64,000 bases of DNA from Chloroflexota bacterium (GTDB taxonomy: Bacteria > Chloroflexota > UBA11872), in the NCBI GenBank assembly GCA_026706485.1, contig JAPOYR010000010.1, positions 145,798 to 209,797 on the forward strand. Direction: 5' to 3'. Position 1 is the first letter of the stretch. Each line of letters begins with the position of its first letter. The position numbers and the translations under genes were made by a program. Below are positions 25,990 to 35,388 of this stretch, in pieces. Under the pieces are notes generated by a model. That model was not told the DNA's origin, ran no database searches, and saw only the letters and a program-made list of their open reading frames with translations.

Positions 25990-27834
25990 ATGGCCATGAG
26001 CGGCGCGGACGCCCGGGGAACGTTTGCCGAGGAGTCGGCGGAAGTTCCCGGCCTCGGCGCCCGCGTGGCCCGGCGGCTGCTCGGACTGCTGGCCACCGAC
26101 CGCCGGCGCATGAGCATCGCGCTCACGGCGCTCCTTGCGGTCGCCGGGTTTGGCGTGCTGCAGCCCATCATCATCGGGCGCGCGATCGACGACGGCGTTC
26201 TGGCAAACGATGGGAGCGTGCTTCTATTTGCCGTCGTCGCCTATGCGGCGGTGACGCTCGGCCACGGACTCGCCCTCGGCGTCCAGCGTCAGTTGACTGC
26301 GCGCCTGGGGAACCAGCTGCTGCATCGCCTGCGCACGGGGGTCTTTCGACAGTATCAGCGCCTCTCGCTTGGATTCTTCGACCGCCAGATCACCGGACGC
26401 CTGATCAGCCGCGTCGTATCGGACATCGAAGCGATCGGCGAGGTGCTCACCGAAGGCGTGCTTGGCGCCGCGGCCGACGTGGCCATGCTGGTCGGCATCC
26501 TGGTGGCCATGAGCCTGCTGAGCTGGCAGCTCACCCTGCTGTGCCTGGTAGTCACGCCGCTGCTCTACCTCAGCGCCCGGCTCGTGGCCGCCTTGGCGCG
26601 CCGGTGGTACCGAACCATGCGAGCCCGCACGTCCACGCTCAACGGCGTGCTCGCCGAGTCGGTGCTCGGCATGCGCATCACGCAGGCCTTCGCTCGAGAG
26701 GCGGTGAATCTCGAGCGCTTCGACGTGGTCAACCAGTCGCAGCTCCAGGCGCAGTTCCGCACCTTCGCCATCTCCTCCGCCACCGTGCCCGTGGTCGAGG
26801 TGTTCACCGCCGTCGCCACCGGCCTGGTGCTCTGGTTTGGCGGCAGCTTCGTGATCGACGGAGTTGACGGACTGACGGTGGGTCTGGTCGCCACGTTCGC
26901 GCTGTTCATCGAGCGCTTCTTTGCCCCAATCCAGGAGCTCGCCGCACGCTACGAAACGCTGCAGGGCGCCCTGGCCTCGGGTGAGCGCGTCTTCGAGATC
27001 CTGGATATCGAACCGGAGATCACCGACGCCCCCGACGCGCGAGACCTCGGGGTCATCAGGGGCGAGATTCGCTTCAGGCAGGTGAACTTTGGTTACGACC
27101 CCGAGACACCCGTGCTCCACGATTTCGAGCTGCACGCGCGTCCGGGGGACATGATCGCGCTCGTCGGGGCGACCGGCGCCGGCAAGACCACGGCCATCAA
27201 CCTACTGTTTCGCCTCTACGACGTGACGTCAGGCTCGATCACGGTTGACGGTCACGACGTGCGCCACGTCACTCAGCGATCGCTCCGACAGCGCATGGCC
27301 CTGGTGCTACAGGAGCCGACGCTCTTCAGCGGGAGTATCCACGACAACATTGCCTATGGCCGACCGACGGCGTCTCGCAACGAAGTGGTCGCCGCGGCGC
27401 AAGCGGTTGGACTGCACGACTTCGTGGACTCGCTGCCGTTTGGCTATGACACGCAGGTCGAAGAGCGCGGCGGCGGCCTCTCCATTGGGCAGCGGCAACT
27501 GGTGTCGTTCGCTCGAGCGCTGCTGCTGGACCCGCGCGTGCTCGTGTTGGACGAGGCGACCAGCGCCGTGGACGCCCAGACCGAGGCGTACATTCAGCGC
27601 GGCCTCGAGACGCTCATGGCCGGCCGCACGGCCATCGTGATCGCCCACCGCCTCTCAACGGTGCAGCGGGCAACGGAGATCGTCGTGCTGGAACACGGGC
27701 GAATCGTGGAGCGCGGCACGCACGACGAGCTGCTCGATCACGGCGGCTTGTATCACGGCCTGCATACGCTGGGGCTTGGCACGATGGACGAGCTCGACAG
27801 CGCCGCCGCCCGGCGCGCGGCCAGGGGGTCATGA
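25990..27834 (+). CDS. ABC transporter ATP-binding/permease fusion protein (exporter half-transporter 2)
   Basis: TMD plus NBD, with Walker A GATGAGKTT, signature LSIGQRQL and Walker B VLVLDEATSAVD. The ATG at 25990 lies just after the partner's stop, which suggests a heterodimeric exporter pair. Confidence 0.8.
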   Translation: MAMSGADARGTFAEESAEVPGLGARVARRLLGLLATDRRRMSIALTALLAVAGFGVLQPIIIGRAIDDGVLANDGSVLLFAVVAYAAVTLGHGLALGVQRQLTARLGNQLLHRLRTGVFRQYQRLSLGFFDRQITGRLISRVVSDIEAIGEVLTEGVLGAAADVAMLVGILVAMSLLSWQLTLLCLVVTPLLYLSARLVAALARRWYRTMRARTSTLNGVLAESVLGMRITQAFAREAVNLERFDVVNQSQLQAQFRTFAISSATVPVVEVFTAVATGLVLWFGGSFVIDGVDGLTVGLVATFALFIERFFAPIQELAARYETLQGALASGERVFEILDIEPEITDAPDARDLGVIRGEIRFRQVNFGYDPETPVLHDFELHARPGDMIALVGATGAGKTTAINLLFRLYDVTSGSITVDGHDVRHVTQRSLRQRMALVLQEPTLFSGSIHDNIAYGRPTASRNEVVAAAQAVGLHDFVDSLPFGYDTQVEERGGGLSIGQRQLVSFARALLLDPRVLVLDEATSAVDAQTEAYIQRGLETLMAGRTAIVIAHRLSTVQRATEIVVLEHGRIVERGTHDELLDHGGLYHGLHTLGLGTMDELDSAAARRAARGS

Positions 27835-28520
27835 CGGTGCCCGATCGTTGGGATCCTATTCCGGCTCCCCTGGAGCACCTCATCGCCCCGCCGCGGACGG
27901 ATTCCGAATCCTACGCACTGCTCGTGCTCCTACACGGTCGCGGGGCCGATGCGCACGATCTGCTGCCACTGGCCAACGAACTCGGTAGCGCCGACCTGCT
28001 CGTGGTGTCCCCCCAAGCGCCCTACGCGCTCCCCGGTCCGTTCGGCATGGGCTATGCCTGGTATGACATGCACGACATCGGCGACCCAGATCCCTTGACC
28101 TTCGAGCCGAGCCTGATCCGGCTGCGAGAATTCCTGGACGCGGTTGTCGCGGGCTATCCGGTCGATGCGCAACGCGTCGTTCTGCTTGGTTTCAGCCAGG
28201 GCGCGGTGATGTCGCTGGCCACGGCGTCCACCGATCCCAGGCGATTGGCCGGCGTCGTCGCGTTGAGCGGGTATCTGCCCGAGTCGGTGGAGTGCGCCGA
28301 AGGCGGAAGCCTCGACGACCTGCCCATCTTCATCGGACACGGCAATGCCGACCCACTCATCCCCGCGACCGAAGGCCACCACGCCCGCAACATCCTGATC
28401 GCCAAAGGCGCCGACGTGACCTACCGCGAATACTCAGTCGCCCACCGCATCGCTCCCGCGGAGCTGGACGACATTCGTGAGTGGCTCGGCGACCGACTTG
28501 GCGCGGCGCCGCCCCGGTAG
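27831..28520 (+). CDS. alpha/beta hydrolase (phospholipase/carboxylesterase family)
   Basis: GFSQG nucleophile elbow and overall carboxylesterase pattern. Its start overlaps the upstream ABC gene by 4 bp. Confidence 0.65.
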   Translation: MTVPDRWDPIPAPLEHLIAPPRTDSESYALLVLLHGRGADAHDLLPLANELGSADLLVVSPQAPYALPGPFGMGYAWYDMHDIGDPDPLTFEPSLIRLREFLDAVVAGYPVDAQRVVLLGFSQGAVMSLATASTDPRRLAGVVALSGYLPESVECAEGGSLDDLPIFIGHGNADPLIPATEGHHARNILIAKGADVTYREYSVAHRIAPAELDDIREWLGDRLGAAPPR

Positions 28521-28535
28521 CCCGCGGGCCGGCGG

Positions 28536-30365
28536 TTAGTCCGCCGGGGACTCTTCCTGCTCGTCGCGCACCATCAGATGCAGCTCGTCCAACTGCTCAG
28601 GCTCCAGCGGCCCGGGCGCTCCGAGCATGAGGTCGAATCCGGCCTGGTTCTTGGGAAACACGGTGACGTCGCGCAGGTTCTCGGTGCCTCCAAGGAGCAT
28701 CGCCAGCCGATCCACACCCATCGCAATGCCGCCGTGCGGCGGCGCGCCGTAGGTAAACGCGTCCAACATGTGGCCGATGCTGTCGTCAATCTCCGCGTCG
28801 CTGTAGCCCATCACCTGGTAGATGCGCCGCAGGTCCTTGGCGCGATGGGCGCGGATGCTGCCGCCGCCGATCTCGTGCCCGTTGCAAATCAAGTCGTATT
28901 GCTTGGACAAGGCGCGTCCCGGGTCCGTGTAGAGAAGCCCGAACGAGTCGTCGGCCGGAGAGCAAAACGGGTTATGGCTGAACGTGAAGCCCCCCGATTC
29001 CTCGTCGATCTCGAAGAGCGGAAAGTCGATGATCCACACGAAGGCCAGCTGATTCGGCTGAATCAATTCCAGGGCACGGCCCAAGTGCAGGCGCAGGGCC
29101 CCGAGCGCTTCGGCCACAACCGGGGCTGACCCGGCGACGATACAGACGAGATCTCCCTGGTTCGCTCCGGCGTTTCGCGCGGCCGCGCGGAGCGCGTCCT
29201 CGCCGAAAAACCGAGCGAGCGGCGAGCGAATGGAGCCGTCGTCGTTCAATGCGATGGTCGCCATGCCGGCCGCCCCGGCCTCTTGCACGATGTCCTGCAA
29301 CGCGCTCACCTCGCGCCGCGAGTAGCCGGCGATGCCGGGCGCCACCACGGCCTTCACCTGTCCACCGTCGGCGATGGCGTCGTCGAACGCGCGGAATCCA
29401 CGACTGGACACATCCGGAGCCACGTCCACGAGCTCGAGGCCGAAGCGCACGTCCGGCTTGTCGGTGCCGAACCGGCGGATGGCTTCCGCGTGACTGATTC
29501 GCGGGAATGGAACCTCGGCAAGGTCCTGTGACGACAGCTTGCCGACGATGTGGAGGTAGAGCGACTCAATGAGTTCCAGCAGGTCCTCGCGCTCCACGAA
29601 GGCCATCTCGATATCGAGCTGGGTGTGCTCGAATACGCGGTCCGCCCGCAGGTCCTCGTCCCGGTAGCAGCGCGCCAACTGGAAGTAGCGGTCCAGTCCG
29701 GCCACCATGATCAGCTGCTTCATCTGCTGGGGCGACTGCGGCAGGGCGTAGAAGTTCCCTGGATGCAGCCGGCTGGGCACGACGAAGTCGCGCGATCCCT
29801 CGGGCGTGCTGCGGACGAGCGTCGGCGTCTCCAGCTCCAGGAAATCGCGCGCCCACAGATACTCCCGCATCTCGCGCACGACTTTGTGGCGCAGCTCGAT
29901 GAGTTCGCGCAGACCCCGGCGGCGCAGGTCCAAATACCGGTGGCGCAGGCGGACGCTTTCGTCCACATTCGTCTCGGCCGTGATCTCGAACGGCGGCGCC
30001 TTGGACTCCGCCAGCACCGTCACGGCCTGCACGCCCAGCTCGACATCGCCGGTGTTCAGGTCGGGATTGGCGGTGCCTTGCGGCCGCGACCGAACCGATC
30101 CGGACACGCTAAGCACAAATTCGGATCGTGCGCGGCTGGCGGCCGCGTGGGCTTCCGGCGCTTCGTCGCGGTTGATCACGATCTGCGTGATGCCGTAGCG
30201 GTCGCGCAGGTCGATGAAGATCAGCCCGCCCTGGTCGCGTCGGCGGTGCACCCAGCCGTTGAGCGTGACGGCTTGGCTGGCGTGTGCGAGTCGCAATTCG
30301 CCACACGTATGCGTGCGCTGGGGCCACGTGGCGCGCAGCGGGGCGGGTCGTTCAGCGGAGGTCAC
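28536..30365 (-). CDS. aspS: aspartate--tRNA ligase
   Basis: N-terminal OB anticodon-binding domain and class-II catalytic motifs (FRDE..., QSPQ, GGGSIR). 609 aa. Confidence 0.9.
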   Translation of the reverse strand: MTSAERPAPLRATWPQRTHTCGELRLAHASQAVTLNGWVHRRRDQGGLIFIDLRDRYGITQIVINRDEAPEAHAAASRARSEFVLSVSGSVRSRPQGTANPDLNTGDVELGVQAVTVLAESKAPPFEITAETNVDESVRLRHRYLDLRRRGLRELIELRHKVVREMREYLWARDFLELETPTLVRSTPEGSRDFVVPSRLHPGNFYALPQSPQQMKQLIMVAGLDRYFQLARCYRDEDLRADRVFEHTQLDIEMAFVEREDLLELIESLYLHIVGKLSSQDLAEVPFPRISHAEAIRRFGTDKPDVRFGLELVDVAPDVSSRGFRAFDDAIADGGQVKAVVAPGIAGYSRREVSALQDIVQEAGAAGMATIALNDDGSIRSPLARFFGEDALRAAARNAGANQGDLVCIVAGSAPVVAEALGALRLHLGRALELIQPNQLAFVWIIDFPLFEIDEESGGFTFSHNPFCSPADDSFGLLYTDPGRALSKQYDLICNGHEIGGGSIRAHRAKDLRRIYQVMGYSDAEIDDSIGHMLDAFTYGAPPHGGIAMGVDRLAMLLGGTENLRDVTVFPKNQAGFDLMLGAPGPLEPEQLDELHLMVRDEQEESPAD

Positions 30366-30399
30366 GGCGCGGCTGTGTCGGGAAGCTGGGGAGCGCTGC

Positions 30400-30966
30400 C
30401 TAGGCTCGCCCGCTCGGCGCCATGATCACGCTGAGCACCCGGCCGTCCTGCTCGGGCATGATGTCCCGCTCGACCACCCCGCAATCGGCCAGCGTCTGCT
30501 TGACGCGCTCGAGAATGCGGACCCCGAACTCGGGATGGATTCGTTCGCGAGCCCGAAACCGAACCGTGGCCTTCACCTTATTGCCATCCTTAAGGAAGCG
30601 TTCCAGCCGGCGGATGAGGAACTCGAGGTCGTGCTCACGCGTGGCCGGACGAAATCGAACTTCCTTGACCGTGCCGGCCTTTTGGCGTTTCTTGCCTTCT
30701 CCCTGCTTGCGTGTTTGGTGGTATTTGAATTTGCCGTAGTCAAGGATCTTCGTGACCGGCGGATGGGCGTCCGGCGAAACTTCCACCAAGTCGAGTCCAC
30801 GCCCGCGCGCCACTGCCAGGGCCTGCTCTGTCGGAACTATTCCGATCTGCTGACCGTCTTCGTCAATCAAGCGAACTTCGCGGATCCGGATTTCATCGTT
30901 GACCCGGGGGCCCTTGGGTCGGGTCCGCGGTTCCGCAAATCGATTGTGGGGGGCTCGCAGAGACAA
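30400..30966 (-). CDS. infC: translation initiation factor IF-3
   Basis: NDEIRIREVRLIDEDGQQIGIV and the conserved C-domain. The listed TTG start directly abuts AAGGAG with zero spacing. An in-frame CTG at 30960 sits 6 nt after the SD, and infC genes commonly use atypical start codons. Confidence 0.85.
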   Translation of the reverse strand: MSLRAPHNRFAEPRTRPKGPRVNDEIRIREVRLIDEDGQQIGIVPTEQALAVARGRGLDLVEVSPDAHPPVTKILDYGKFKYHQTRKQGEGKKRQKAGTVKEVRFRPATREHDLEFLIRRLERFLKDGNKVKATVRFRARERIHPEFGVRILERVKQTLADCGVVERDIMPEQDGRVLSVIMAPSGRA

Positions 30967-31099
30967 CTCCTTGCGCCGAGGCGCGTCACGTCAACCAGCA
31001 CTTCGATTAACGCTAGCATATGAGGACCGGGGTACTTAGCAACCGCAGGATCGGCCGCTTGGCGCGCCCGGTCCCACGGCTCGAAGGAAAACGCTGCGC

Positions 31100-33583
31100 T
31101 TGGTTGACACTGGCCAGGCAAGCCTGAGAGGCGGCACACCCCGCCACGATAGCCCCCGAATCCAGGTTGCCCGCGCGCCGACGGCCCAAGCCGCTCTCGG
31201 GGACCTCTACGTCGTGGTGCAAGGCGGCACGGACCGCCAGGGACGCGCCTTCGTCAGCGCTGCAACCACCACCTACTACGCAGGTGAGTCCGATGACATT
31301 GCCGCGGCGTTGGTCAGCAGCATGCGACAAGCGTCCTACAGCGTCACCGTGTCGGCCGATCCGGGTGAGGCGGCGGCGATCGTCGGCGCCACGGGAGCCG
31401 TCATCGCCGACGGCACCGTCTACATCGCCCAAGTCATGCCAACGCAAGTCTTTTTCCTGCGTAACGGCACGATCAATGCCCTCCCGAACGAGCCCGATTT
31501 CGACTCCGCCTACCAATCCAGTCTTGACGTCGAGCAGGAGATCGACCTGTTTCGCGCGCAGCTTCAGGACGGTGACTGCTTGGTGCTGGCGTCAACGGAC
31601 CTTCGTCATGAACTCACGGAACGTGAAATCCGCGGCATGCTGCGCCGGCGCTCGGCCCAGGAAGCGGCGTACGACATGTGCGCCCTCATCGCCCAGCGCG
31701 GCGGGCAACAGTGCGAAGTCCTGGTCGTGAAATTCGCGAACGTCTCGGCCCGCGGAGTCCCGACGGATGGCAGGCATCCGCCCGCAGCCACGGACACGAC
31801 ATCCGTCGGTTCCCTGGACGACGGAGACCCGGAGCTCGCCTATCAGGACGAGTCGGTGAGCCAGTCGCACCCCGCCAGCCTGCAGTCGCCGCGGCAAGAT
31901 GACCCGCGTCTCGGCAGGCGCGTTCAAACCGGTGGAGCCTACGCCGACGAGACCTGGTCCGACCTTTCTCGAAATCGGGCAGCGCCGGCGCAACGGAAGT
32001 CATTGGCACAGCGGATCATCTCGCTGCCCGTTACGCTGATCACACTCGTTGTTGTGCTGCCGATGGTGGTGGTGCGTGCGCTCGTGGATCTCGTTACCGG
32101 CAGAGGTCGCAACCGGCGCGTTCGGCCGCAAGCCACCGCACCCGAGCCGCCGTCCGACCGGCTCGACGACGACTGGGACAGCCTGCGTGACCTTCGGGCC
32201 GCAGGTCCCGGCGACCAGCGGTCCCCGGTCGATGCCGCGCCGCCCGCGCGCCCGCTCGAATACGTAGGCGCCGATTTGCAGGGACACCGCGATCCGCTGC
32301 TGGTCCGCCGCCGGCGCTCGTTCCCAGGGCCGGGCACCCTCCTCTTCGGCTTGTCGCTGGCGTTGCTCGTGGTCATGGCGGTGGTGCTGATCCTGCGAAA
32401 CTCGCCCGCGCCGGCTGAGAGCGACCTCGTCGAAACGCCCGCGCTCGACGGTCCGTCGCCGACTGCGACAACCGGCCCGGGCGATTTCGAACCCGTTGAG
32501 TCAAGCTCACGGGCCACGGAGCTGCTGACGCAGGCCGAGGATCTGTTCCGCGAAGCGCAAGACCGCGGACCCGAGGAAGGCCGCGCCGCCACGCTGTTGA
32601 TGCTGCGCGATGCCGAAGACTTGGCCAATCAAGCGCTGTCGGCGGACACTGCCCGGCTGCTCGCGCAGGACATCAACCGTCTCCTCGACGACATCACGCG
32701 CGAGGAAGAACGCATCAATCGCGTCTACAAAATCGTCCCAAGCTCAACCATCGACGAGTTCGATAGCGCAGGCATCGGCAGCGCGGTGGAAGCCCTCGAT
32801 GTTCGACTGGACTCGAAGTATGTGATCGATGCTATTTCAGATCAGCTGTTGTCCTATGAGACCGCGCGCCAGGGCGTGTCGTTGCTGAGGAAGGGCGACG
32901 TCGTCGGCTCGGTGACCGTTCAGGATCTGATCGCCGTCATCGACCGATCGTTGAGCCCGATCGTCATCGACAATCGATACAACATCTTCAGCATCGATGA
33001 GAGCGATACGGCGCGCCTGCTGCGCATCACCGGCACTGAGGAGTGGCGGACCCCGGTGGCGTTCGACAACTTCAACAACAATCTCTACGTGCTTGACCCG
33101 GGGGCGAACACGATCTTCAAATACCAATGGACCGCCGGCGGCTACGAGCTGGGGCCAACGAGCTATTTGGACGCTCGGGATGAGATTGACCTCTCAACGG
33201 CCATTGATTTCGCGATCGACGGCGACATCTACGTCCTGTTCGAGGACGGATCGATCCTGAGATTCCGCGGCGGCTCCCAGATCGGCTTCACCATCGCTGG
33301 GCTCGAGGGCGACGCGCTGCGCGCGTCCCGGATATTCACCGACGCCGAGTCGGAGAGCCTCTTCCTGGCCGACGTTTCCAACAAGCGCATCGTCGAAATC
33401 GACAAGCGCGAGGGAACCGCGGGAGCCTTCGTCCGACAATTCAAATACGCCGGCTCGGATGATTTTTTCGGCGATATTCGCGGGCTCTGGGTCAGTGAAA
33501 TCGACGGGCGCATGATCGTGCTTGGCAAGGACAGGCTGCGTCAGTTCGTCCTGCCGCGGCTCGCCGACGGCACAGGCGCCTAG
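31100..33583 (+). CDS. large membrane protein: N-terminal PP2C-like (possibly degenerate) phosphatase-like domain, two TM helices, C-terminal beta-propeller-like repeat domain
   Basis: 827 aa. Residues ~30-230 resemble PPM/PP2C (LYVVVQGGTDRQG in place of the DGHGG motif, and CLVLASTDL...CEVLVVKF). Two hydrophobic helices follow (IISLPVTLITLVVVLPMVVV and LLFGLSLALLVVMAVVLIL), and the C-terminus repeats LYVLD / IYVLFEDG / LFLADVSN / LWVSEIDG blades. Confidence 0.55.
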   Translation: MVDTGQASLRGGTPRHDSPRIQVARAPTAQAALGDLYVVVQGGTDRQGRAFVSAATTTYYAGESDDIAAALVSSMRQASYSVTVSADPGEAAAIVGATGAVIADGTVYIAQVMPTQVFFLRNGTINALPNEPDFDSAYQSSLDVEQEIDLFRAQLQDGDCLVLASTDLRHELTEREIRGMLRRRSAQEAAYDMCALIAQRGGQQCEVLVVKFANVSARGVPTDGRHPPAATDTTSVGSLDDGDPELAYQDESVSQSHPASLQSPRQDDPRLGRRVQTGGAYADETWSDLSRNRAAPAQRKSLAQRIISLPVTLITLVVVLPMVVVRALVDLVTGRGRNRRVRPQATAPEPPSDRLDDDWDSLRDLRAAGPGDQRSPVDAAPPARPLEYVGADLQGHRDPLLVRRRRSFPGPGTLLFGLSLALLVVMAVVLILRNSPAPAESDLVETPALDGPSPTATTGPGDFEPVESSSRATELLTQAEDLFREAQDRGPEEGRAATLLMLRDAEDLANQALSADTARLLAQDINRLLDDITREEERINRVYKIVPSSTIDEFDSAGIGSAVEALDVRLDSKYVIDAISDQLLSYETARQGVSLLRKGDVVGSVTVQDLIAVIDRSLSPIVIDNRYNIFSIDESDTARLLRITGTEEWRTPVAFDNFNNNLYVLDPGANTIFKYQWTAGGYELGPTSYLDARDEIDLSTAIDFAIDGDIYVLFEDGSILRFRGGSQIGFTIAGLEGDALRASRIFTDAESESLFLADVSNKRIVEIDKREGTAGAFVRQFKYAGSDDFFGDIRGLWVSEIDGRMIVLGKDRLRQFVLPRLADGTGA

Positions 33584-33603
33584 GCACGCCGCTGCGCTGA
33601 CAG

Positions 33604-33677
33604 TGGAGCGGGGAACGGGAATCGAACCCGCGTTTTGGGCTTGGGAAGCCCACGTTGGGCCACTCAACTATCCCCGC
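33604..33677 (-). tRNA. tRNA-Gly (anticodon CCC)
   Basis: The minus strand reads GCGGGGATAGTTGAGTGG...TGGGCTTCCCAAGCCC...GGGTTCGATTCCCGTTCCCCGCTCCA. There is a 7-bp acceptor stem (GCGGGGA/TCCCCGC), a TPsiC loop TTCGATT, an anticodon loop TTCCCAA and an encoded CCA. Confidence 0.85.
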
Positions 33678-33808
33678 CGGGAGCGCATCCGCCCGGCGCC
33701 CCAAGCTTCACGCGCGTCCGAACCGGCGTCAACCGGGGCCGCTTCGGGTATAGTGCGGCTCGCTGGCTTGGCGCGGGCGGGACCAGCCCCTACGTGAGCG
33801 AGCACCAC

Positions 33809-34756
33809 ATGGATGACATCGGCACAGTTGCGCAGCGCGTCTCCGATAGCGTCAATCAGGTCATTGTCGGCAAGCGCGACGCCGTCGAACTTACCGTCGT
33901 TGCCCTGCTAAGCAACGGGCACATCCTGATCGAGGATGTGCCGGGAGTCGGGAAGACCACGCTGGCCAAGGCCATGGCCCAGTCGCTTGGCCTCACGTTC
34001 AGCCGCGTGCAGTTCACGCCGGACATGCTGCCCAGCGACGTGACCGGCGTGACGATCTACAACCAGAAGTCGCAGGAGTTCGAATTCCGCGCCGGCCCGG
34101 TGATGTCACAGATCCTGCTGGCGGATGAGGTGAATCGCGCCACGCCGAAAACGCAATCATCGCTGCTGGAGGCCATGGAAGAACGCCAAATCACCGTGGA
34201 CGGCGTGACTCACACCCTGCCCAGCCCGTTCCTGGTCATGGCCACGCAAAACCCCATCGAGTACGAGGGCACCTTCCCGCTGCCGGAGGCCCAGCTCGAC
34301 CGCTTCTTTCTGCGCGTGAATTTGGGCTACCCGGATCGATCGGACGAGGTTGAAGTCCTCGGCGCCCAGCAGCACACCCACCCGCTGACCGCCGTGCGGC
34401 AAGTGGCCGACGTCGACACGATCCTGGCTGCGCAAGCGGCCGTGCGGGAGGTCTACATCGATCAACTGGTGCACGAGTACATCGTCGATCTCGTGCGGGC
34501 CACCCGCGACCATGGCGAGGTCTACCTGGGAGCCAGTCCGCGCGGCAGCCTGTTTCTCTACCGCGGCAGCCAGGCGCTGGCGGCGATGCGCGGCCGGGAC
34601 TACGTGATTCCCGACGACGTGAAGAACCTGGCCGTGGCGGTGCTGTCCCACCGGGTGATCGTGAGCCCGGCCGCCCGCATCCGCAGCGTCGACACCCGCG
34701 ACGTGGTGCGGGAGGTGCTGGATACACTGCCAGTCCCGGGAGCCAGCGCCGCCTGA
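33809..34756 (+). CDS. MoxR-family AAA+ ATPase
   Basis: Walker A GVGKTT, Walker B LLADEVNR and the MoxR-type AAA_3 pattern. The ATG at 33809 was chosen, because the longer ORF-track start (33635) would overlap the tRNA. Confidence 0.8.
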   Translation: MDDIGTVAQRVSDSVNQVIVGKRDAVELTVVALLSNGHILIEDVPGVGKTTLAKAMAQSLGLTFSRVQFTPDMLPSDVTGVTIYNQKSQEFEFRAGPVMSQILLADEVNRATPKTQSSLLEAMEERQITVDGVTHTLPSPFLVMATQNPIEYEGTFPLPEAQLDRFFLRVNLGYPDRSDEVEVLGAQQHTHPLTAVRQVADVDTILAAQAAVREVYIDQLVHEYIVDLVRATRDHGEVYLGASPRGSLFLYRGSQALAAMRGRDYVIPDDVKNLAVAVLSHRVIVSPAARIRSVDTRDVVREVLDTLPVPGASAA

Positions 34757-34760
34757 CCAC

Positions 34761-35372
34761 ATGACCGACGGTTTCCTCGAGTTCGCCCTCGCCGTCAGGA
34801 CCATCGATGGCTGGGGATGGTGCGGCGTCGCGGCCAGCGAGGTTGGGCTGGTGGGCGCGACGTTGGCACACAGCCGCGAAGCGGCTTGCGTCACCGCCCT
34901 GCAGCGGACGTCAAGCGCCGCGCGCACCCGGTCACGCGGGGCGCAGCGCTCGCGCCGCCGGCGCGCCGAGCATGACCAGTGGCCGGTCGCCGGACGCGCC
35001 GCCTACCAGACCGCGGGCCAAGCGCTCGAAGAGCTGTGGGAGTACCTCACGTCCGGGCGCCAGCGTCTGGACGTTGCCCTCGACCACCGCGCAGGCACCG
35101 ACTTTCAGCGCCGCACCTGGGACGCGATCCGCAACGTGCCCTTCGGCGAAACCCGCAGCTATGCCTGGCTGGCCCGAGCGGTCGGCAGTCCCCATGCCAC
35201 CCGGGCCATCGGCCGAGCCGTCGGCTCGAGCCCAAACCTCATCTTCGTCCCCTGCCACCGCATTGTCGGCTCACGCGGTCTGGGCGGCTATGTCCGCGGC
35301 ACCGACGTGAAGCAGAAGCTGCTCGATCACGAAGCGGCCTGGCCGCGCATGCAGCCAATGCTCGGCGCGTAG
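34761..35372 (+). CDS. ogt: methylated-DNA--protein-cysteine methyltransferase
   Basis: C-terminal IPCHRV active-site motif (VPCHRIVGSRGLGGY) and a helix-turn-helix. Confidence 0.8.
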   Translation: MTDGFLEFALAVRTIDGWGWCGVAASEVGLVGATLAHSREAACVTALQRTSSAARTRSRGAQRSRRRRAEHDQWPVAGRAAYQTAGQALEELWEYLTSGRQRLDVALDHRAGTDFQRRTWDAIRNVPFGETRSYAWLARAVGSPHATRAIGRAVGSSPNLIFVPCHRIVGSRGLGGYVRGTDVKQKLLDHEAAWPRMQPMLGA

Positions 35373-35388
35373 GGGCGACCGCCGGGCC

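Noticed and set aside
23550-26174. 874-aa minus-strand ORF spanning the AI-2E gene and the first ABC exporter
   Set aside because: It lies antisense to two genes with strong transporter and ABC signatures, and the product is Arg/Pro/Ala-rich.
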